From: Azolla caroliniana
Taxonomy: Eukaryota > Plantae > Polypodiophyta
NCBI GenBank assembly: GCA_043228905.1
Contig: JBHGNT010000003.1
Location: forward strand, 25,544,001 to 25,608,000
DNA: 64,000 nucleotides
Reading direction: 5' to 3'
Each line of letters starts with the position of its first letter. Positions within the stretch are counted from its first letter, which is position 1. Below are positions 1 through 13,300 of the stretch, one piece after another. Under the pieces are notes generated by a model. That model was given only the letters and a program-made list of their open reading frames with translations. It was not told where the DNA came from and made no database searches. The position numbers and the translations under genes are program-made.

Positions 1-270
1 CTGGTCAGAAAAGATAATTTTGCTTTTATTTTGTCAATTTTGTTGCTGGCCTCCCAAGCCTGGACCTTCACACTAAAGAGGGAGAAAGAAAGAGAAGAAT
101 GAAATCTATATTAAGGTCTACTAGAGACCAAATTTGGCCTATGCGTGAAATCATGCTTACAAATATGAGAAACAAGAAATGAAAGGTAATTAACTGTTAT
201 ATTAATGTCTACAGAAGGCCAACATATGAGTAATAAAGGGTAGACAGACAGACAGACAGAAAGAAAATAC

Positions 271-2014
271 CTCATAGCACCAACATCTTGCAACATTTCT
301 AATTGTGTAGCCACCACCTCCCAAAAGTAATAGAGGTACATTAAAAGAACGTACAAATCTAACACATTCTGCATGGCCTTTCACAGATAAGTTGAAGCAA
401 CCAAGTCTATCGCCTGTAAGGGAATCTGCCCCACATTGCAAGACGATTGCTCCTGGTTGATACACCTCCATCACTTTCGATATTATTGGCTTAAAGAGTG
501 ATTGATAGCTATCATCATCGATGCCCTCATGCAGTGGTACATTCACAGAGTAATATTTCCCTTTTCCATAGCCCAGGTCTCGAAGGTCACCAGTACCAGG
601 GAAATAATCACCGAATTTGTGAAAGGAAACTGTCATAACTCGATCAGTTGTGTAGAATGCTTCTTCAACTCCATCACCATGGTGAATATCAATGTCGATG
701 TAAAGAACCCGCTACAAAAGACCCAATAAGAGTAAGAAGACTAATTTTATGGAAAAGATTCTAACGAAGGCTTACAACATTTTAAGCATAAAGTATTGGC
801 ACTTCTTTCACGTTTCCTCTTCATTTTGTAAGTAGAAAATCTAACCTAAATTGTCATGCTCAGCAATCCAAGAGAACCTATTTGTTTCATTAATCAGCTA
901 TATGACTGCCTCTTTTTCATTTGAATAGAAAGAATGATTTCTTGGTTCCTAAGAATGCTTACTGATCCAAGAAAATCCATATGATAAACTTTCCATACAA
1001 ATCAAGCTGAACGTCCCAATGTAGCCAGAGAACATATATTTGTCTTGATTTCGTAAATTATATAAATATTATGCTCTGAAGAGGTGATTTGGGTGAGCTA
1101 TATAAGTCTCCTTCACCATATAAACGAATCTCACTGTGTTCAGCGCAAAATATGTATCAACAAACTTTTCTTATTTTTTCCTTCACACCATATGTATTAA
1201 AAAAGGCTTACATTTAGGTATCACAAATGACTTTTCAATCTAGGTTTTTCAAATCAATCCTCTTAGACGTGGATTTTACGCATAAATTTTCAAATAAGGC
1301 TTCTCAATGTGTGTTTTAAATCACTAATTAAACCTACGCAGTATTAATAGGTTTTCAAAGTAAGCTTCTTGAAACAAAAGGATTTTCTTTTAGAGAGATG
1401 GTGACCAGTTCTAGTAATAACAATAATCTCCTTACTTCATGACATTTGAGCAGCTCTAGAATCGCGAGCACGATGTCATTGACATAACAAAACCCGGATG
1501 CCTCACATTTCTTGGCATGATGGAGTCCACCAGACCAATTAATGGCTATATCGCTCTTCCTCTGATTAAGCTTCACAGCTGCACCAATCGATCCTCCAGC
1601 ATAGCTCTGACAAAATTCATACAGCCCATTGAAGACAGGGCAATCTTCAGCTACATTGAACCTCCTCAGTATCCGTAGACGTTGCCGGTATTGTTGTTGA
1701 TTTTGTGTATCTGAACCATGTTCATGCTGTTGATGTTGTGTTTCGGAAGAACGGAGCGAACTCAAGAATGAGATGTAATCATTTGAGTGATAGATACAAA
1801 GGTCTTCTTGATGAGCAGGATAAGGTCGGAACATATCAAGTTTGTGATGAAGATCATAGTGGACGATGAGGGAGTGAGCCATTCTGATTCGGTGAGGTTT
1901 CATTGGGTGACCTTGGCCATAGTAGTAGTTGCCAACAGCTGGGTCATAGAAGTAGGACACTACCCTCTTCTTTCCCTCAGGCCCTGCTGTGAGAGAGTTC
2001 AGCCCGCTCTCCAT
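271..2014 (-). CDS. HDA19: Class I (RPD3/HDA1-type) histone deacetylase, HDA19-like; 5' part only, gene continues off the window start
   Basis: Exon 1 is 2014-1436 ([24 protein letters not shown]...[11 protein letters not shown]...[19 protein letters not shown]) and exon 2 is 711-271 ([14 protein letters not shown]...[13 protein letters not shown]...QCGADSL...[17 protein letters not shown]). Both have GT/AG boundaries in phase 0. HDA19 versus HDA6 orthology is tentative. Confidence 0.93.
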
Positions 2015-2162
2015 CCTTATCCTCCACTGTCCGCTTCTTGCTTTCTCACTTCTCTAGGAGACCAAAAGCTCTCTTTTCGCCTGATGTTAGAGAGCTCGGC
2101 CTGCTGGACATCGCTCTTCGGCTTTCTGGGGGGGGGGGGGGGGGGGGTCTGGTCTTCTCTTT

Positions 2163-2222
2163 CTAACCATCTGGGCCCTGCTGTGTTATTATAATAGGGA
2201 AGGAGGTTAGCCCACTCGCCAT
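2163..2222 (-). other. 19-codon upstream ORF resembling a decayed duplicate of the HDAC N-terminus
   Basis: ATG at 2222 and TAG at 2165-2163 give MASGLTSFPIIITQQGPDG*. The main ORF begins [14 protein letters not shown], and the DNA 'acagcagggcc' is shared. Confidence 0.55.
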
Positions 2223-2287
2223 CTCTGATCTCCTCTTTCTCTCCTCTGCTTCTGTCTCCTCTCCTCTCTATCTCTGTCTCTGTTTCT

Positions 2288-2408
2288 GTATGTGTATATG
2301 TATATGTATGTCTTTCTGTATATGTATTGTATGTATATGTATATGTCTTTCTGTATATGTATATGTATACAGTATATGTATATGTACATATTATATATGT
2401 ATATGTAT
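2288..2408. repeat. TATG/TA-type compound microsatellite upstream of the HDAC gene
   Basis: Visible tgtatatgtatatgtatg runs. Confidence 0.85.
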
Positions 2409-4040
2409 TGAAACTCAATGACTATGTTTGGTCGACGTTTGATCATAGTTACATGTTAAACACCTACTAAAGATTGTGATTAGGGACAAAAACACAGGTT
2501 TCAGCTTTAAAACTCTGTCGATTAGAACATCACAACTCTAGAATTAGAAGCACGATTCACAAGTTACGACTATGATATGGCCGTTCCTGCAAAACATTCA
2601 TATGAGTGCATATGTCTAGTGATTAAAGTAGCACGTCTTCTTACTTTGTCATGATAATTAAAACTTCATCATTCTCTACTGTCGTGTTAAAAGGTATAAC
2701 AATGCACTTAATCTTGTTCCAAGTGAATATGAACCAAACCTCGTATATAAATACATAAATAATGTTATAATGATTAGCTTGTTTTTTCAATTTACAATAT
2801 ACGTGGCCGTATTTTGCTAAATTTTCATATCTTAACACATGATATATGGTGCAATATATCCCTAAAAGATCCACATAAACTCATTTACAGTTACAAGTGG
2901 ACCCATAACTTATCCCAGGATAGTTTGTATGACAATCTTCTACACAAGAGGATGAGAGTCGGAGGGTTAATCAATAATGTAATGAAGGGATTATTACTTT
3001 TAATCCCAAGGATTGAGATAACCCTTAATGTCAAGTGTGAACTTGGCAGGGGGGCTTGGCTTAGGCACTACGAGGCCCAATTAACCTCATTAGGGCATCA
3101 TTTGACAACATCAAGATTGAGATATTGTGATGAGAAGACTCTTGTGGTGAGCGTGTGCCAATACCAAGTACAACTCGAAGCCCATAATGATGCTTATGGG
3201 ACATTGCTTAAGGCTCAACTTCTTCTTTATCCATTCGCTTGGGTGGATCGGCAGCTTTCTTTCTCTCTCCATGTCATGATTTTCTTATTAATTTCCTGAT
3301 TTTCCTGCATACATTAGAATATATCTCTGACATTTACGACCATAATGGATTTAAGGAAATGGAATTCAATGTGCTTGCTTATTCTAGACGAGAGTCTTCC
3401 AATTTGACTAGTCAATTGAATCAATTAGGAGATGACCAACTATGAAAGTTTGAACCTTCAAGGAGGGATAGTCACACTACCTAGACTCATGAAATACAGG
3501 GATTAGTGGTTGTTGATGCAAACTCACTACATAAGCGAAGTAGTTAATCGCCCAAAACAACCTTTTCAAATAAGTAACGATAGAGTAATGAACACTTAAG
3601 AGTGATCATAAACTCAATTAGGAACCACAATGCTCGATCACAGCTGAAAAACAAACACATGACGATAAGCAAGGAGTATGTAACCACATAATTACACATA
3701 ATTAAGCCAAGGTGACATGGAGGCAGTGAGTACAAACAATGGCAGCCTAATACCAAATCTCTTAATCAACGAGAGATGATCACTAGGGTCCGATGTTAAA
3801 CAAGGAGGTGCTAAGTTTAGCGGTGTCTCCGAACAACCCATTACCAAGTGTTTACATGGTCTAGGGTTTGTTAATGACTTGACTTACATTGGCAAGGCCC
3901 TCTAAACTTTGGGGTGGGGGGTATTTTGGGAATTCCTTAAAACAAAGATGGGGCCCATTTTCATAATTTTAGCATTTCTTCTCTCTGTCTCTATCTGTAT
4001 TGCAGTCTGTCTGTCTCTTCTCTCCAAACAAGAACAAGTT

Positions 4041-5828
4041 ATGCTTCATCGTGATGTCGCGTCCATTGCCCATTTCTCATCATGGGCATCTCTCCAAATC
4101 TTGGCCCCTGTTACAAGAGGTAAGATTCCCCTCTCTCTCTCTTTAAGATTCTTCTCTCTCTGTGTGGATTGGATCGATAGTATACTCATGACAAGGATTA
4201 GGCGATGGTATGATGCGATGACATGATAATAATGTGGCGGTGATGATGTTGATAATATGATGAAGATGAAAACAGAAACAATGAAGGATGATGACTATGA
4301 GTGATGATGGTACAATGTCCATACGATGATGATGAATTTGCACTAATGCCGGTACTATGATGATAATGATGCAGGAGCTTCTCAAGTAATGTTGCCGCCA
4401 TCACGACTACTGAGGATCGAAGCAGGTGCAGGCAAGAAGCGAGTGCCCCGCACAGAGAGCCACAAAGTGCTCAATCTGCGAGCTCGAAAAAAGGTAGGTT
4501 TCTCTCTTTATGGAGAACACATTATGTTATAGTGGAATGTAGAACTAATAGATAGATAATTTGATATGTAAATAGATGGGTAGATACACACTAGATCAAG
4601 GTGGGAGCAGCAACAAGCAAACCATTGTTGGTATATATATATATAACACATGTAGGACATGTTAGGGTACGTTGGAATGATACACTTATACATAGAGAGG
4701 TAGAAAGATCCTTTGTATAGATATTTTTTTCACTATGCAGGCATATTAGGGCACATTGGAATGAGACTGTCTCATACATAAATGGTGCATATATATTCTA
4801 CCGTCTTATATTTTATTTGCTACTCTATGGGCCATCTCAATGATGCATAAGCAGATGTGTGGATCTTAGAAGACTTAAGCCTATCTCAAATGCCAGGGTT
4901 AAACTTGCTTTGCTTATGTATTAATCCTGGCATGAACGCTATATTTTAAAAAGAACAGGGATTTAAGTAATGGAAGGCATGGTTTTAAAATATTTCATGT
5001 TCTATTAGTATATGCAAGGACCTTAGATGAGACCATCTCATAGATGAGGTCTAGAAACGTTATTTTTTCAATCTATATTGTGTTTTGCTTGTGGATGATG
5101 ATAAAATGGGTGGCTTCTTGGAAAATTTATCTCCTTTCTTTTTCTTTCTATTTCTAGCTCACGGGGACTAGTGAGAAGCCACGGCTTTTGGTGTTTTGTT
5201 CAGACAAGCATCTCTATGCCCAAGTCATCGACGACTCTAAGAAGGCCACTCTTTTATCAGCATGCACTTCACAACTCTTAGTTTCTTCGACCAACAACGA
5301 ATCTGAATCCTATTCTCCTATCTTAGTATGGCTCTGTCTCATTGTTTTCTCTTCTACTTTCATTAGTACTTCTATTAGTTGGAGAATATTCTCGTTGCAT
5401 TGTTTTTGTTTCAAACATTTAAATATAGACGGTGAGAATGGCTCGTGACAATAATCCTATCAGGAGCATTATACGCATTTTAAAACTTTGTAGGAAGCGA
5501 TAAGAGTAATCCCATCTTAAAAGGTTCTAACTCTTTCATTAGATTGCGATTCTAGAACTCTGTAATGTTGCTTTCGTTGTGCATTTCTCATGGGAATCAT
5601 GCCCACTATATGAAATGATATAGAATGTAAGAGACCTTTACCTGACATTAAGGATAATGTTTCCAGGATTCTGCCCAGAAACTCGGTAGAGAGGTAGCAA
5701 TGGAATGCCAAAGGCAAGGCATAACAAAAGTGAAATATTATAGACGGGGTACACTGCATTGGAAACGAGTGAAGCTGTTCCGCCTTGCAGTACAAGATCA
5801 TGGCCTTCAGTTGGAATATCCAGATTGA
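4041..5828 (+). CDS. RPL18: Organellar (probably plastid) ribosomal protein uL18-like, about 175 aa; resembles the divergent uL18-L8 type
   Basis: Exons 4041-4119, 4375-4493, 5158-5325 and 5667-5828, all GT-AG and phase-consistent. Protein reads ...LRIEA...[43 protein letters not shown].../[47 protein letters not shown], matching the uL18 motif pattern, with a transit-peptide-like N-terminus. Confidence 0.85.
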
Positions 5829-6578
5829 ACTCCAAGGTCATTTGATAACACCAGTGCACTCAAAGCTTTACATGGATGTCTTGATAGATTTGAAAGTTGT
5901 CTCTTTCTCTGGCACTTGTATATATATATATATATATGGGCTCAAGGAGTTTAGGTTAGCAATTTTGAGAGGTGTATGTATTTTTTGGCCATTGAAACAC
6001 TTTTGCAGTTTAACTCGTTGGTGGCAGAGGTGCTTTATGTGCTTTGTATGATGTTCAAAGGAAATCTGCAAAATGACTTTCATTTTGGTTTTGCTACATA
6101 CATTCCCAAGTCAAACAGACCATCACTTTATTTAGTGAGAATTGTACATATATTGCTTGTGATATTTTAAAGAAAGGCTTGATGGTAACTATATGTACTA
6201 ATAGGCTATGAATCAGGTTTAAATCCTCTTAACTAAAAAATACATGCATCTGTGTTGAAAACGAATTTGACTTCTATCACATGCTGGGACAAACAACCAG
6301 CAAAATGCTGTGGAAAGATGAACATCTGATGAGATAATTGTCAACAATCCATTTGATGCATTATGTTAAAGCAAATTTATCTGCCCAGTTTGTGAGCAAA
6401 ATGTTTTGGAACATCTTGTTAACATAATAAATTGTTGTAATATACAGTGCTGGCACAGATCAAACATATAAACTGTTTCAAAATAAAGTGTTTAGGAAAT
6501 TATCTTTTTAAGGTTATGTTGGTGGAAAAAATCCAACTTAGGTTTCAGCGTTATCCTGGTTGGAAAAGGGCGACTTAG

Positions 6579-7100
6579 ATATTGGATCTATTTTAATACT
6601 TACAAACTATGTCATACACATTCCTTTTAACACAAATTTCTAGTAACTCGTGAAGAAATGACCAAGTCACACCAAGTTCCAGAGATAGTTTTTCAAGAAC
6701 CCTGTTTAGTGAAAGACTGCATATATGTTACATATATAATTTCTTTTCGAATCAATCTTAGACAGTTTTGTAGATACTCCCATATCATTGGATCTATTTC
6801 AATGCTTACAAACTATGGCATATTACATTCCTTTCAAAAAAAAATCCTAATAACTCATGAAGAAATTACCAAGTAAGAAGATATTGGATCTATATCAATA
6901 CTTACGAACTATGTCATATAACATTCCTTCCAACACAATTTCCTAGTAACTCATGAAGAAATGACCAAGTCACACCAAGTTCCAGAGACAGTTTTTCGAG
7001 AACAGTGTTTGGTGAAAGACTGCATATATGTTACATATATAATTTCTTAGATCACTCAAATCAATCGCAGATAGTTTTGTAGATCCTCCCATATCATTGG
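6579..7100. repeat. Local tandem/partial duplication downstream of RH58 (two ~210-bp copies plus an intervening ~90-bp partial copy)
   Basis: attggatcta...ttacaaactat...taactcatgaagaaatgaccaagt recurs at about 6580, 6787 and 6881. Confidence 0.85.
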
Positions 7101-7140
7101 AAAGTGTCTTTAAAATCAGTGGTCACATTTTTTATATATA

Positions 7141-10100
7141 CTAAGCTCCAATTTGCATTAACTTATCAATGTCAATTTGGGTGCTTGGAAATTTTATTTC
7201 ATTTTGGTACCTTTGGTAGACAAATAACTCTTCCTTTGTAAGAAAGGTTGTTACTAAACTATCATAACTAGAATCCAAAGGCTTTCGTGCTGTTCTTCCA
7301 CCCCGGTGAATGTATGTAGTTGCTGCTGGAGGAATATCAAAGTTGTAAACATGGCTAACCTCGGGTATGTCTAAACCTCTACTTGCTAGATCAGTTGCAA
7401 TAAGAATGTGATTTTCACTTGGAAATTCCTGTATCATGAACAAAATAAAGTCAACTTTTCCTGTTGTCATATGAATAGAGAATATCTTCCTGAAATGTAT
7501 ATATATTTAAGAGATAATATGTAACAAGACATGAAGGATAAAAGATATAAAAGAGACTAGCGGTGTATCTTGCATGATGATGACATAGCCTGATGAGGGT
7601 TAAATTGAGCAGACATTAACATTTTTTTCAACAAGTGAAACCATGTGAAGGCGGACGCTACACAAGATTCTTGATTCTTTGTGACGATAGTCGAGACATA
7701 TGGAAGAACATATACAACATTTTGGTGCACTGTAGGGAAGGCACAACATTCCGGCATGCCAATATCACATTGATTATTTAGGATAAAATATATTTCTTCT
7801 CAACTTCATTTGCATGAAAGTATAGAAATAATGACACTCACATCTAAAATGCATGATCGTGCATTGACATTTGAATCTTCATCAAGAACCAGTGACTTGC
7901 ATGGGCTAAAATCACCATCATCACGATGAGTTGATGACAGCATTTCAGCAATCAAGATGGTAGATGGTACTGTACCTTTTCTTTTGGATTTCCACGACTG
8001 CAAAGAACAAGAAAAATACCAATATCATCTGAAATTCATGATTTTTGTTATAAAATAAACTCTAAGCAACATAAATGCAAGTAAAATCTGAAATAAAATT
8101 TTGACATTAATTATCATAGGGTATACATTCATAGAGGGCAATAATCTTACATTTGTGATACCACAATAATTGAGCAGGGCACAAAGCAATTATTGGCAAC
8201 TCATGATGTTTTATTTGGTAGTGAGGAAGATCGCGAAGGCTAAAATCACAACAATGCCAGATAGGCAGTTCTATTAGGACCCCAGGCCAGAGGTATAATA
8301 ACAGCAATGCTGCCATGAGACTTGGTATTGGGAATATGGTAAATAAATGCAGTGTTTGCGAAAGAGAAAACACTTCTACATTTAATAGACAACCACAGAA
8401 ATGATGAAATATGGGAGTAAAATTACAGAATGTGAAATATGTGGAAATATCTTATAGTTAAATCTATGCATTTTAATTATGAGATTAAACCACAACAAAA
8501 TATCATATTACATCCAGACATAACAGCTTTAGATTTCAACTTAATGAAACACTATCCAGAGTCCAGACTTACCATTTTCATACCAATGACTAAAGATAGA
8601 AAACAAAATATTTAGGGATAAAATTTCAACCAGTATAAGGAATCAGAAATATGCAGAAAAGGGAGGAAAACGCATAAGAGAGGGGGAATGTACTATGTTG
8701 GATGGAAGGGAGACACCCTCTTTAGACTGACAAAAGTTTGAACCCCACAATGTACCATTTCCCCATCTTCTCCCACAAATCGTGGGAAAAAAAAGAGTTG
8801 AATCCATATTGGATTATTAAAAGCCTTCGAAGTAGTTTAAGTATTTGGCGAATAGAAGTCTGTCATGCAATGAATATTCTATCTACTGTTTGGAAACTTT
8901 GATCAAATGTAAGTGTTCTCAGGATCCATAAAGATGAGGCAAAACAGGATTGCATCTACTAATAGAATTTGAGAAATAGTTCTCAGGATTTCAGGAGATA
9001 ATATCCCAAAAAGGTTTTACCTGCTCATTAACAAATATGATAGCTGCATTGGGCTTGTCTGCTCGTAACATTGTGTTCAGTATCTTGAGCTTCTCGTCCC
9101 TCTCGCATATCTATTTCAGAAGAACCGATATTAGAATATTCACTTGATGTAAAGGTACAGCCACTTTCTACGTGGATTTGGATAACATAAAAGAATTAGA
9201 CAAGATTTATAATTAAACAATTTGAAGCACTCTCTCCATCAGACAGCAACAAACGAGACTAAATGTAATGGTGCATTTGGAAAATTAAATTGTTGAGAAT
9301 AATACAATACCACATGACGATGGATAAGATTCCATGGCATTTTGTTTGTATGATTAACTTGGACATGGATAAAATTTTCCTGTATACAAAAAAACGAATA
9401 ATTATTAATTGTTGTTAGTGCTTTTCATTTTTCATCCAATTTGCATTGTTACTGTACACATGATAATTATCATAGCTGAAATTGATTTTTCATTTTTTAC
9501 TGGAAGCTTAGGGAATCACAAAACAGGTCATATGTAAGTTCCATCTTTCTTCAAATTAGAGAAAAACCTTTACACTAAAAAAATCTCATTAAACACTCCA
9601 TAAAGTTTGTAATGTTTTACTTCGAAAAACTTAGTTTCATAAATAAGAAATAGCATTCCAGAAAACATTATAATTTCATTGCCATGTTACAAAATGCAGG
9701 AGTATTAATAACATATAGCTCTTTGTCTAGAGACCATTCTACCTGTTTATAAAAAGTAATCATGGCAATATTATACAGAAGGGATCAATCATTCCAAGTC
9801 TGATCCTAAGGTCCAACATCCATATTTATCTTAATAGCACTGTGAACTCCACTGCCAGCAATAAATTTACTTACCTTTACCCATTTCTCAGCAATACACT
9901 TCTGAATAAATTGGTTGTGTTGTGGAATGGTCGCACTTGCAAAAATAGTCTGACGATTTCGAGCTAGAGTACACGAGGTCAAAAGTTTTCGTAAAAGTGC
10001 AATATGCTGTGTTTGTCCAAACATGGCATCAACCTGAAAGGAGTGGGAAAGGACTTGCACTTTCAATTCTGCACATTGAAATCATGATAATTAAGTAGCT

Positions 10101-10290
10101 GACAGGACAACAAAAAGGGAAATCCTGTGAAAGCAGTGAAATGCTAATTGATTATCTTCTACAATATATTACCTCATCAATAACAATGGTGTTCACAGCG
10201 TTCACCTTCAGTTTTTTCAGTTCAATCATCTTGCATACACATGCTATAGTCCCAATAACTACTCCTGGTGGATCTGCCTGCATGCACATA

Positions 10291-10321
<31 letters not shown>

Positions 10322-13300
10322 TGTGGGGGATGTGAGTTGAGTGGAGGCACGACTATGTTGTGATGTGAAGTTCTTGAACATCGAGAGTCATTAGTCACTT
10401 TTACATGTATCACATGAAATGTAATATTTTTGGTCTCATAGCTCATATTTGACCTCCGACGATGATAATAGTATCTATCTATCCATCTATCTCTCTCTAC
10501 AATGGAGTAGTAACCCCCTTCTTAGGCAGGAATCACAGACAAGATGATACATTGGTTTGGCCCCATCATGGACGATAAAAGTTCTATTTTATTCTCTCTC
10601 TCTCTGTAGAAGAATGACTTTGCCAATTGTGTTGTTAGAGAGTAGACCTTGAAGAGCACTATGTTTGTCATTGTACAGTCTTTTTATGAAATCAGAGGAG
10701 CAAGGCTTTGGCCCACTACGCAACACAATGAAATATGAGGACCAACAGTGCTTGGGCTTTTCTTGTTAGAATTCAAGAGACACAGGGAGAAGTTGAAGGA
10801 CGACACAGCCACAAAAGCTCGTCAACAAAGAACAATCACAACTTTGTTTAGCCCCATTGCTCCTACTCATGCTACAAGTCAATCAAGAGCTACATAAATG
10901 TGCCCCAACCAGGACAGAGCAAAGGGGTTACAATAGATGGGGTAATAGCAATTTGTCGTGCATGTAGGCCGTGGCCTCGTGGATCACAATCTCACCACCC
11001 CTGTCATAGATAGAAAAAGGTCATTATCTCCCACCATTGAAAGTGCTTCCCTTGCTTCAAAGACAAAAAGTAAATATATCTGACTTCAGAATCTTACATT
11101 TATAGATGACAATATTCTTTTGTCATGCCTTCATTCTATTTCTATTTACTTTTTTACTTAGTTACGTTTAGTTTGGTTTGCTGTGCTCAGAGATGAGACA
11201 AAATTTTACGATGTAATCTCCTGTTTGATCTTATAGGCCATTTTGGCCTCTTAAAAGATGTCAATATCTTCTTTCCTTCTTTCTGTTGTATATTCGAATA
11301 TAGGCTAACTTTTAAAATGTAAAGGAGATGGAGCTAGAGGAGACTAATGTGATCTTGTATGATATTGAACTAGACATACTTTTTATAGTGATGAATATAT
11401 TGTACAATCATCTCATAGACCTGTTTGACCTTATAGGCCATTTTGGCCTCTTAAAAGATGTCAATATTTTCTTTCCTTCTTTCTGTTGTATATTTGAATA
11501 TAGGCTAACTTTTAAAATGTAAAGGAGATGGAGCTAGAGGAGACTAATGTGATCTTGTCTGATATTGAACTAGACATACTTTTTATAGTGATGAATATGT
11601 TGTACAATCATCTCATAGACCTGGTGGACTCTCTTTTATTTAACACTCTCTCTTTCTCATTCATTCAGGATATTATATTGGAGCTTCATATATATAGGGC
11701 AATGTAGCAAAATACCCCTAATTGTTACAAAATTCCCAATTATACCCGAAGAGTCCCTTTTAATTTTTCGATTCCCAAATACTTCTTTCTAACATTCCAA
11801 CCTTGTTACCTTAGAGGAGTATTTTGGGAATATGCTAGAAGTTAAAAGGAAGAAATTCTAGAGGATTATTTTGGTAATTCAGAGATGTGGGTGTGGGTGT
11901 GAAAAGAAGGAGAGATATTTATATATAGTTGAGGTTGCATTGCTTTGGATATTGAAAAACCTGAAACTGAGAAAATTTCATTCTTATGCATTTCTCTATC
12001 TTCATTCCTGCAACGGCCAGAAAATATAGACAAAACCAATCTGAGAACCATTAATAAGATCTGGGAGATGTGGCTTCAGCCAAGAACTGATCATGGAAAC
12101 AACCACCTTATAGAGGGTCAGCAAACAAGTGTGTGGGTCGTACTGTGTAAACTAGAATGCTTTCCCCTGATAAAACAACCAACACATAAGTTTGTGGCAG
12201 TAGCTCCAACAATCACTCTATAGAAGAAAGACTATGTTGATAGCCCCTCTCATAGTTGCAATACTAAAACTCTTTTTGAAATCTCTTTACACATAGTATA
12301 TCTCAACATAGGGTTATATTAGTAATAAGGAGACATCGGCATAAGAATATTCATGGGTCCAAAGAAATGTTCTTAGATTATAGTGTGATACAATAATACA
12401 AAGAATAAATATAGTCAGGAATTCGTATCGATGTACTATGCCTTTGCAGAGGACAAAGAAGATGAATCGAAGATATTCTCTAAGAGTATCATAAATCACA
12501 AACAAACAGCGAGCATTAACACATGGCTACTTGAATACTAGAACACACATCTAATTTCTCCAGACATCTCTACCACTAGGGTCCTATGAGCACCCCTCAC
12601 ACATCATAAGAAGTTTTTTTCACACTTTTTGTTTCTCTTATTTAATGTAACAAGTTATAGTGATGCTGAGGCATTTTTGAATTTTGGAGACCTATGTTAA
12701 AAAAGTCTAACATACAAGTACCTTAAGCCAGATCTTTTGTCTAGTTAGCGATCCACCATCAAGTAGGGCCATAACATCGAAGCTCCCACCACCACCAGGT
12801 TTATCAATGTTTTGCATATCCAGAATTTTGCCTAATTTTCGCGCCTCTTTTACCACCTGTAGAATAAATAGCTTCCCATTAGAATGTTATTTAGAACAGT
12901 TGATAACGAAAATTCAAAGTCTTGAATCTAGACCTGCATTCCCAATTCTCTGGTAGGAACTACCACAAGGGCTTGAACTGCAGCTCTTGTAGGATTAAGT
13001 TTTGCTAATATGGCAAGAAGATAGCAAAGTGTCTTTCCAGATCCTGTCTGCAGTTAAAAACATGAAGGAGTGATTTAAATCAGCAAGAATGACGGTCACA
13101 TTGCCTTAAGAGGGGCGGCATGGAAAATCACAGTGGCCCAGTGCACTTTGGATGTTGCACACAAAAAAAGGATTTTCACAATTTGATCTCTTCTTACATT
13201 TTTCTATGTTCCCTATGCATAATACTGGAAAAATACCAGTTTAAAGCCTTAACGTTTTGTCATACTCATCCTTGAAGTATCTTTCAGAGCAATCCATCCA

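Noticed and set aside
11697-11885. Possible degraded Mutator-type TIR element in RH58 intron 4
   Set aside because: Only short inverted patches (ttcccaaatact/agtattttgggaa) are visible; no matching termini or TSD could be established.
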